A DNA stretch of 64,000 nt. It comes from Octopus vulgaris. Taxonomy: Eukaryota. The position numbers were made by a program, and so were the translations under genes. Below are positions 1 through 9,419 of the stretch, piece after piece. The stretch spans positions 29,822,001 through 29,886,000 of the forward strand of contig OX597825.1 in assembly GCA_951406725.2 (NCBI GenBank). Direction: 5' to 3'. Under the pieces are notes generated by a model. The model ran no database searches and had not been told where the DNA came from. It saw only the letters and a program-made list of their open reading frames with translations. The first letter of the stretch is position 1. The number at the start of each line of letters is the position of its first letter.

Positions 1-160
1 GTTGTGTGGTAAGTAGCTTGCTTACTGACCACATGGTTCTGGGTTCAGTCCCACTGTATGACAACTTGGGCAAGTGTCTTTTACTATAGCTTTGGGTGGA
101 CCAAAGCCTTGTGAGTAGATTTGGTAGATGGAAACTGAAAGAACCTTGTCATATCTATAC

Positions 161-206
<46 letters not shown>

Positions 207-445
207 ATAGGTATGTGTATGTGTGTGTGTATGTTTGTGTGTCTGTGTTTGTCTCCCCATCATAACTTGACAACCAATGTTGGTGAGTTTATGTCCACAT
301 AACTTAGCAGTTCAGAAAAAGAGACTAATAAAATAAGTACTAAGCTTAAAAAGAATAAGTCCTGGGGTCGACTTGTTCAACTAAAAAGGCAGTGCTCCAG
401 CATGGCCACAGTCAAATGACTGAAACAAATAAAAGAATAAAGAAT
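1..445 (+). mobile_element. tRNA-derived SINE, family A (window starts inside the head)
   Basis: B-box GGGTTCAGTCCC, CTTGGGCAAGTGTCTT block, internal (TA)/(TG) tract, tail ...GTCAAATGACTGAAAC...AAAAGA; colinear with copies at 1685, 7175, 22311, 51579. Confidence 0.9.
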
Positions 446-460
446 CACTGAATATTATTT

Positions 461-590
461 TCTACTTTAGGCACAAGGCCCGAAATTTTGGGGGTGGGGT
501 CCAGTTGATTAGATTGACCACAGTACGCAACTGGTACATAATTTATTAAGTTCGCCCAGTGTTCTAACATTTCTGCTAGCTCACCAACTT
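461..590 (-). mobile_element. SINE family B (tail type B2), internally deleted
   Basis: B2 tail TTTTCTACT..GGCACAAGGCCCGAAATTTTGGGG and B head; flanked by 14-bp direct repeat ACTGAATATTATTT (447-460, 595-608). Confidence 0.8.
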
Positions 591-696
591 CATAACTGAA
601 TATTATTTCTTAACTTCTCTTTGATAATTTTTCATAATCTATTTTTATTTCATATATGTGTGTGTATGTGTGTGTGTGTGTGTATACATATGTACG

Positions 697-744
<48 letters not shown>

Positions 745-912
745 TACACGTATGTATATATATATATATATATAAATACACATACAAATATATATACACA
801 CACAAATACATATATATGCACACACACACACACACACACATATATATGCATGTATGTTTGTGTGTATATGTACATGTATAGATAAGTATATATCTATATA
901 TATATATATATC

Positions 913-961
<49 letters not shown>

Positions 962-996
962 CTATATAAACATACCACAACTTCATTCTGAGAGGA

Positions 997-1067
<71 letters not shown>

Positions 1068-1556
1068 TTCTTGCTGCTGCAATATAATGAATGGCTCCAA
1101 TTTTGTAATAAAATATGAAATATATTATTCATTTCATATAACTATATTTAAAGAACAGTAATTGCCACGACTACATTAAACATATTACTAAGTAATAAAA
1201 GTAGTCCAAAACAATATTAACAGAATTTATCCAAATTAATAACTTCTTTTCGACATTCAAATTATTGCTTACAACAATATATTTTATCAGAAGACATAAC
1301 AAGCTTCAAATATTCTATATTAAACAGAATGAGGTTAATAACTAAGACAAAAGCGTTAATATTATAGAAATCTATGTTCACGTGAGTTAATAGGTTCACC
1401 GACATAATGAGATCTTTTACTTCCACAATCTTTTCTATTTCTTTGATATTTCACTTATTGTGGTGTATAAGATCTTGTTAGAGTTGTGTTTGAATATCTG
1501 ACTTGTGGAATATGCTTGCTTATCTGAGTTGCTTCTCGCATGTTGACTGTCTACTC

Positions 1557-2204
1557 TTTACCATTTAGCATTTAAACTAGCTTTATTTGGCCAAAATACT
1601 CAACCTAATTTATGTTCAAACTAGCCCAATCCAGCCCCTCACTCCTATTCTACAATGTCATTCTAAGAATAAATGATCTCATCAGGTGTAGGAGTGGCTG
1701 TGTGGTAAGTAGCTTGCTTACCAACCACATGGTACCGGGTTCATTCCCACTGCGTGGCACCTTGGGTAAGTGTCTTCTACTATAGCCTCGGGTCGACCAA
1801 AGCCTTGTGAGTGGATTTGGTAGACGGAAACTGAAAGAAGCCCGTCATATATGTATATATGTGTGTATGTGTGTATATGTTTGTGTGTCTGTGCTTGTCC
1901 TCCCAACATTGCTTGACAACCGATGCTGGTGTGTTTACGTCCCCATGACTTAGCAGTTCAGCAAAACAGACCAATAGAATAAGTACTAGGCTTACAAAAA
2001 ATAAGTCCTGGGGATCGATTTGCTCAACTAAAGGCGGTGCTCCAGCATGGCCACAGTCAAATGACTGAAACACATAAAAGAAAGAACAGAAGAAAAAGAA
2101 CATCATTGAAATCTGAAGCTATGAGATAATACATGATTAATTCAAGACAATGTGAATAAATAAGCATCACATTTGATAGAGTAATCTGAATGGTAAAGGG
2201 TTAA
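1557..2204. mobile_element. piggyBac-like MITE (family E), split by a family A SINE
   Basis: Right end AATGGTAAAGGG-TTAA, degenerate left end TTTACCATTTAGCATTT; body matches 17320-17526 and 42694-42892; CATCA on both sides of the SINE. Confidence 0.75.
1685..2100 (+). mobile_element. SINE family A, full length
   Basis: A-box-like TGGCTGTGTGGTAAG, B-box GGGTTCATTCCC, complete body and A-rich tail. Confidence 0.92.
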
Positions 2205-2278
2205 TATAATTTTCAATTGCTGTGATGTAATGTGACAGGGTTGGACTTTTGGGGTAGTTATAATTTGGGGTAGTTATA

Positions 2279-2850
2279 TATTTTGATGTGGTGTGAAAGA
2301 AAGAAAGTTGTAAATATAGTCGAGCTAACGGTTCCTCACGAAGATAATATGGACGCCGCTCGAGCTCGAAAATTAAACCGTTATGAAAACCTCCTTGAGG
2401 AATGTGAAGACGCAGGCTGGAAAGCGGAACATTTTCCTATCGAAGTCGGATGTAGAGGGTTTGTAGGACACAGCGTGAGACGACTGTTGTTATCGTTAGG
2501 CCTAACTCATCGTAAAGTCAATACCACCATGACTGATATCCAATCTACAGTGGAGAAGGCTAGCCACTGGATTTGGTTAAAAAGAGAGGATGAGAGATGG
2601 CTAGAAGTATATTGAGTTCTTCATAACCAGCTGATCTAGCAAGCGGGGCCTCATATCAGTGAGGGGGGCCGGTGCGCATTGATGCCGTCGAGAGTTAGGC
2701 CCCGAAATGGCGCGCATTCTCTCCTGATGACCCCATACACTTGCTAGCTTCCGATATACGGAGCTTTTAACTGGTAGCACTTGCATGTGCAAGTTGTTTG
2801 CAAGATATTATACAGAGTAAAAACAGTTTATATCTGTCTAATGGTAAATA
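2279..2850 (+). mobile_element. 5'-truncated HERO-clade non-LTR retrotransposon (restriction-like endonuclease C-terminus plus 3' UTR)
   Basis: Open frame 2280-2615: ILMWCERKKVVNIVELTVPHED..ARARKLNRYENL..C..AGW....IEVGCRGF...LG...VEKASHWIWLKR, the typical HERO REL tail (ELTVP, RKxxY, EVGCRGF, ASxWxWxKR); truncated at the D of the PD motif; structured 3' UTR; 3' end approximate. Confidence 0.85.
2636..2747 (+). ncRNA. Candidate permuted hammerhead ribozyme in the HERO 3' UTR
   Basis: CUGAUGA 2724-2730, GAAA 2704-2707, GUC 2687-2689; stem I 2690-2694/2719-2723, stem II 2665-2670/2698-2703, stem III 2684-2688/2707-2711; see findings. Confidence 0.6.
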
Positions 2851-2854
2851 AAAT

Positions 2855-3480
2855 GGCATGAGTCACATGGAATTTGCTGAGACCGATTTTTCTGCAACCA
2901 GATGCCCTCACCTGTTTGCAAGTAAGAGAATATGTTCAACATGATCAGGCAACCTTTCGCAGAGCATTGGAAATAAAAGACAGGGCTTGCATGATGACTC
3001 TCATTTAAAATGATCATGCAATACTAAGGCAAGGAAATAGTGATACATATACATATATACATATAAACATGTATACATACAAGCATGCACATGCATGCAC
3101 ACATACACATATGTGCAACAAACTTCTTTCAGTTTCTTATTTCATTATTGCCTACAAGGGGCTAAACACAGAGGGGACAAACAAGGACAGACAAAGGGAT
3201 TAAGTCGATTATATCGACCCCAGTGCAGAACTGGATGAAAGACCAAGTCGACCTCGGCATAATTTGAAATCAGAACATAGTGGCAGATGAAATAACGCTA
3301 AGCATTTTACTCGGTGTGCTAACGTTTCTGCCAGTTCGCCGCCTTTTCGGCTTCTTTCAGTTTCCGTCTACCAATTACATCCACTTGAAGACACTTGCCC
3401 AAAGTGCCACACTATGGGACTGAACCCGGAATTATGAGGAGGGAAAGCAAGCTGTTTCCACACGGTCACACCTGTAGCCA
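2855..3480 (-). mobile_element. Old SINE with family A head and family D-type tail, interrupted by a family B SINE
   Basis: A head at 3350-3480; D-like tail CAGATGCCCTCACCTGTTT at 2900-2920; same layout at 17960-18710 and 19385-19765. Confidence 0.65.
3137..3345 (-). mobile_element. SINE family B (tail B1), nested insertion
   Basis: 14-bp TSD CTTCTTTCAGTTTC at 3123-3136 and 3351-3364; B1 tail ACAAGGGGCTAAACACAGAGGGGACAAACAAGGACAGAC. Confidence 0.88.
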
Positions 3481-3556
3481 CATATATATATGCATATATA
3501 CATGTATACATGTGTGTCTGTGTGTATATGTGTGTATGTGTATAAATATATATATA

Positions 3557-3860
3557 TCACTGTGACCGATCAGGCTATCAGATGTTGCTACACATCGCTG
3601 GTCACAATACGCTTCGTATTGTTTTAGTCTTCAAATGACGCCACCCTGCTGACTAAGTGAGCCGGCCAACAGAAGAAAGAGTGAGAGAAAGTTGTGCTGA
3701 AAGAGTACAGCAAGGATTGCCACCCCTACCCCTGCTGGAGCTTCGTGGAGCTTTAGGTGTTTCCGCTCAATAAACACTTACAACGCCCGGTCTGGGAATC
3801 GAAACAGCGATCCTACAACCGCGAGTCTGCTGCCCTAACCACTGGGCCATTGTGCCTCCA
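3557..3860 (-). mobile_element. tRNA-derived SINE family C, tail type 1
   Basis: Minus strand reads TGGAGGCACAATGGCCCAGTGGTTAGGGCAGC...TTTCGATTCCC (A and B boxes); first ~200 nt shared with 18222-18521. Confidence 0.85.
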
Positions 3861-4257
3861 TACACACACACACACACAAACATATATATATTTATTTATA
3901 TTTATATACACAATAAACATAGATGATTGTTTTAATACCAATTATTTGGAAAGCAATAAACTAATTGAAAAATGCATGACAGGTTTCGATTATATAGAAT
4001 CTAATCTGAATTAGGAATGCTTCTTTAGTAAAGAAACTATCTTTGAAATTTCATATTTTATTGAATGCGAAAAAAAGTCACACATCTGATTGAAATGGCT
4101 GTTGCAACACTAAATCAAATTGAAAGCTAGATATATTATTTCATGAAATTACCAAAGTTAACTTCAATAAATTATACACATATACATACAAACGTACATA
4201 TATAATGCTTGTGTATATACATATATACACATATGTATATATAAATACACACACACA

Positions 4258-4293
<36 letters not shown>

Positions 4294-4316
4294 CACACAC
4301 ATACATATCTATAAAT

Positions 4317-4362
<46 letters not shown>

Positions 4363-5046
4363 CATACATTCCCTATTTCACTGATGAATTTCAACAATAG
4401 AATAGGTTAACGGGATAAATTATGCCATCTGACAATATTATTTGTATAGAGCTAGTGCCATGAAGTTTATTCTTCTGTGCAATCAAACGGTTTCCATTCC
4501 CTCTCAATAACTCTGTTCAAAGTTCTGAGCTAAATGCATTTAAAATTATATTTCTCTACCATGATTTGAGTGGAGCGAACGGTTAAATGTCTTTTTAGCT
4601 ATTTTTCAATTTTGATTACTTCTCTTTTACCATCTAGTTTTTATGGGCCTGGGATTCACAGAATTGGACTGAAATCTATACTCCTGACTGCTTTCTTGAT
4701 TTTTATTGCCCATAAGTATAGTTTAGTTGCTATGGTTACTGCCATTATCTACTTCGAGATGTGATTATTTCTGAGACATCTATGATCTGTCCACTTATGT
4801 TTTCATTACAACTTGTCTAGATACATTCTTTTTCTAGTTGATTCAATCTGAGTACCAAGTTAATATATCTGGCCTAACTACCCGGAATCAGAGAATTATT
4901 TTTATTTTCAAATTAACAATACAGAAAGACATTTTTGAAAAATTTTCAACTTTTATAAAAATGTAGTATTTTGAAAGCAAATGATTCCTAGTATATGATT
5001 CCAGTACATCCTGAGAGGAATTATCCTATGTATGCTGTATTTATAG

Positions 5047-5068
5047 ATTATTATTATCATCATCATCA

Positions 5069-5123
<55 letters not shown>

Positions 5124-5141
5124 TACTACTAATACTACTAC

Positions 5142-5198
<57 letters not shown>

Positions 5199-5226
5199 TA
5201 TCATTATTATTATTATTATCATTATT
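5047..5226. repeat. (TAT)n/(CAT)n microsatellite
   Basis: Direct inspection; similar trinucleotide tracts at 6490-6560, 7893-8005, 9170-9445, 34583-34910, 40633-40695, 50713-50865, 52555-52635, 54070-54160. Confidence 0.95.
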
Positions 5227-6276
5227 GAATGAGAGAGCAGTGCATGCCATCAAAGTGACACTGGGGTAAAATATACGAAGCGCAGTATACCCATCATGAC
5301 AGCCCATCTGATAAGGGTACACCAGGCACATGCATCACAACCATATGTGCACGACATGGTGATCTCATATCAAGATAAACAGCACATGACCTTGCAGGTG
5401 GGGCCCAGTTAGAATTTTCTTCTGGTCGAGTAACACATCCTGCTCAAAAGGTCCCTGAATAAGGGTTGTTTAAGGATATTAAACAAACCACCCACGTTTC
5501 CAGAGGTGAATTATTCACACCCCAAGGAATCCCTCTCAACACATAGCTATGATGCTCCCCCACTACTTCTGCTTGTGATCAGGGATGCATATATTCCCTC
5601 CACAACACTGATATCAAGAAATCCTCTTGTGAGCGTGACCTAGGCATCACTGTCAGCAGTGATTTGCGTTGGTCAAAGCATATCTCTAAGATTGTCAGGA
5701 AGGCCGAGGGTGTCTTGGCATCACTCAGCAGGTCTTTTGTTAGCCGCTCTCCAGCCATCTATTTAAAACTGTATACAGCTATGGTACGACCACACTTGGA
5801 ATTCGCATCATCAGTTTGGAACCCCTATCTTGCACAGAACATTGACCTCCTGGAATCTGTCCAGAGACGTGCAACCAAACGCATACCCTCCATCAGACAC
5901 CTACCATATTCTGAGCGCCTTGTTTCCCTGGGCATGGATTCACTGAAGCTCCGGCGTTTGGCGACGGACTTGGTAAACACCCACAAAGTTATCAACCACC
6001 TCACCAACAACAACACTGAACACCTTTTTGATCTCCATGTGTCTAACACACGTGGACATGCCTACAAAGTCAGAAAACAATACAGCTCCCATGACTTTCG
6101 GAAACATTTTTTCACGCTCAGAATTGCTGAAGCATGGAATAAACTGCCTGCGTCAGTTGTTGACTGCCATGACACTGCATCTTTTAAGGCCCTCATGCTT
6201 TCCGAAATCCGCCGAAACTACACCTGATTATATATACACTTTAGATGAGTTGTAGTGCACCTGAGCACTGTACACA

Positions 6277-6307
<31 letters not shown>

Positions 6308-6487
6308 CATCAGCCACTAAGGGACATGCTGGTTAAGGCCAAACAACTAACAAACAAATCTGTGTTATTGAGCAGAATATTTGCTGTAGCCCATCTTTTA
6401 TACCAAGACAAATCAATGTACATGATAACACTTCCAATCCATTAAGATCAGAAGCCACGAGAGCCACTGCCTGGTACTGCATCAGGG

Positions 6488-6489
<2 letters not shown>
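5227..6489. mobile_element. ~550-bp non-coding element embedded in (TAT)n and split by a CR1 fragment (parts 5227-5591 and 6304-6489)
   Basis: Both ends abut (TAT)n; the halves rejoin as GATGCATATAT|CATCAGCC once the LINE is removed; class unresolved. Confidence 0.65.
5592..6303 (+). mobile_element. 5'-truncated CR1-clade LINE, ORF2 C-terminus with short 3' UTR and (ATT)n tail
   Basis: Uninterrupted frame 5592-6227: ERDLGITV..DLRWSKHI..LYTAMVRPHLEFASSVWNPY..LESVQRRATK..YSERL..LG..RR..DL..TRGH..FF..R..WNKLP..VV; 3' hairpin GTAGTGC-ACCTGA-GCACTGT; possible ATAT TSD. Confidence 0.9.
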
Positions 6490-6551
<62 letters not shown>

Positions 6552-7174
6552 TTTATTATGTGATATTATTGAGTATAAAAAATATTAATAATTTTATTTT
6601 GTGCTATCACTGGAAAACATAGGAAAGAAACAAAATCTATAGGGTTTCTAATTTATAAAATTAATGGTCGGATAGCAGTGCCACGTTAATAAGAATAGGC
6701 TGCACCAAAAATGTCATAATCATTTGAAAGAAGCATTTTTTTTTGTTCTCTCACTATTTTCCTGAAATTATAGCCTCTGAATATTAGCTGCAAAATCTAT
6801 TGTTATGAAGAATAATTCTCTCAATATATTGCTATAACCATTATATCTTAAGCACAGATTTAACAGCCTTGAAGAAACAAGACTTTCAATATAATTCTTA
6901 TGTAAACAATTAGAAGCAAACATCGCTTCAACTTGGAGCACAACTAAAATTAAATAATTCATTAGATGATGTCACACAATGTTAGCTTGAGGACAGAAAC
7001 CAAATTAGAGATAACCAACAGCCTGATAACTTATCTACTCGGCTAGATTTGATAATTTAGTAAATTAAATTCATCCTTGGTTTACTGACAGCTCTGAATT
7101 TGAGGAATTTACTATAACATACACATCGCAGTTTACCCCAAAAATCTGATTCCAAGATGAATACATATTTTGTA

Positions 7175-7592
7175 TACTCTTTTTACTCTTTTACTTGTTT
7201 CAGTCATTTGACTGTGGCCATGCTGGAGCGCCACCTTTAGTCGAGCAAATCGACCCTAGGACTTATTCTTTGTAAGCCTAGTACTTATTCTATTGGTCTC
7301 TTTTGCTGAACCGCTAAGTGACGTGGACGTAAACACACCAGCATCGGTTGTCAAGCAATGCTAGGGGGACAAACACAGACACACATACACACACATACAT
7401 ACATACATACATATATACATATATACGACAGGCTTCTTTCAGTTTCCATCTACCAAATCCACTCACAAGGCATTGGTCGGCCCGAGGCTATAGCAGAAGA
7501 CACTTGCCCAAGATGCCACGCAGTGGGACTGAACCCGGAACCATGTGGCTGGTAAGCAAGCTACTTACCACACACAGCCACTCCTGCGCCTA
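7175..7592 (-). mobile_element. SINE family A, full length
   Basis: Reverse complement of 1685-2100. Confidence 0.92.
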
Positions 7593-8008
7593 TGCTGTAC
7601 AAGAATTTCAAAGGTTAAAACCTCTATCTGTAAAAAAAAAAAAATAGATTCATGGAGTAGAAGATTTTAATTTTAGTTTTATTTAGAGAATAGCAAATGC
7701 ATTTTTTTTTGTCATATATGTAGTCTCTGTAGATAAGAAGTTTGCTTCCTGACCTCGTAGTTTCAGGTTCAGTTCCATCGCATTGATCTTTGAACAAATA
7801 TCTTTTATTATATAGCTCCTGGTTAACCATAGCCTCATAGCCTTGAGTGCGGATTTTATAAACAGAAAATCAAAAAAGCATATTACATATATATTATTAT
7901 TATTATTATTGTTGTTGTTGTTTTTGTTGTTGTCATTATTATTATTATTGTTATTATTTTTATTATTATTACTATCATAATTATTATTATTGTTGTTGTT
8001 GTTATTAA

Positions 8009-8205
8009 GGCAGCAAGCTAGCAGAATTGTTAGCACACAGGGCAAAATGCTTAGTGGCATTTCATCTGTCTTTACATTCTGAGTTCCAATTCCGCCAAGG
8101 TTGACTTTGCCTTTCATCCTTTCAGGGTTGATAAAATAAGTACCAATTGAATACTGGTGGGGTCAATGTAATCGACCAGCCTCTCCTCCAAAATGTCAGC
8201 ATTGT
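8009..8205 (+). mobile_element. SINE family B (tail B2)
   Basis: GGCAGCAAGCTAGCAGAA head, GAGTTCCAATTCC B-box, GACTTTGCCTTTCATCCTTTC block. Confidence 0.8.
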
Positions 8206-8788
8206 CATAAAAGCGGTGCTATTCATTTCTAGTCTTCCAAGGAACCATGTCTGGCATGGGAGAAATATTACCCTAATTGTACACAAATAAATGTTGGAGA
8301 GAGGGAGGGCATTACGCCTATGGAAAATTTGCCTCAACCAATTCTATTTAACCCATGCATGGAAAAGTAAATACTAAGAAGCAATGTCAGTAGCAGTGGT
8401 AGCAGCAGTCATGGCAATGATGATTACTACAATACCAATGATGGCAGCAAAGGGAGTACCTGAATATTGGAAGAAATCATAGCAAAATCCTATGTTTTCA
8501 TTTATAGAACAAATTAATTTGCTAGATTCTTGTTAAAAATCCTATTATCTTTTTTCTTTTCAAGGGTCTTTCACTTAAATTTTTCCAGATTCCACTTGAA
8601 TTTTAGTACATTTGATATGCATATTCGTGCATGGTGTGTGTGTGTATGTGTGTGCTTGATTGTGTGTTTGTGTGTGTGTGTGTGTATGTATTTTCACAGT
8701 GGCAGTTTTTAAGCCTGTCAAATGATATTCTACCTTATTTTCTATTAGTATATTAACGTATAAAAATTCCAAATGTTATTCATTGCAG

Positions 8789-8818
8789 ATTCTTCTTCCC
8801 CAAACGCTGATTCTTCAG
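8789..8818 (+). CDS. Candidate 30-nt phase-1/1 microexon, (D)SSSPNADSS, of the Ig-domain gene
   Basis: ttcattgcag|ATTCTTCTTCCCCAAACGCTGATTCTTCAG|gtatgc; length 3n, no stop, same phase as the Ig exon. Confidence 0.55.
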
Positions 8819-9327
8819 GTATGCCTTTGTGTGCAAAGATTGTATTAGTTTAGCCAAACAATCACTACTAACTTTGTTAATAACTAATTTACAAAGCTCT
8901 TAACCAACACTTTTTAAAAAAATTGCTCTAATGCCATGAAGTTATTTAATTGTTAACATTACGAAGTTCAGTAGCAACTGCACCTCTATTAATCAGCACA
9001 TATCTTCATGCATATAAATGATGTTACCTTTTCAAATTAGGGTAATAATTGCACAAAGATGTTTATTGGATAATAGAAAAAAAAAATAGAAAAAAAAAGA
9101 TAAAATAATTCTGCATGCATTTCAGTGTTTTTGTTTGCTTTTATCTAACTTAGTTGAAGTTTACTAAGAAATAACAACAACAACAGCAACAACAACAGCA
9201 ATATTAATGATAATAGCAATTATCGATTTTATAATAATAATAATAATAATCATAATCATAATGATAGTAATAATGATTTATAATAATAATAACAATATTG
9301 ATGATAACAATTACCAATTTGATAAAG

Positions 9328-9362
<35 letters not shown>

Positions 9363-9373
9363 TAATAATGATG

Positions 9374-9419
<46 letters not shown>

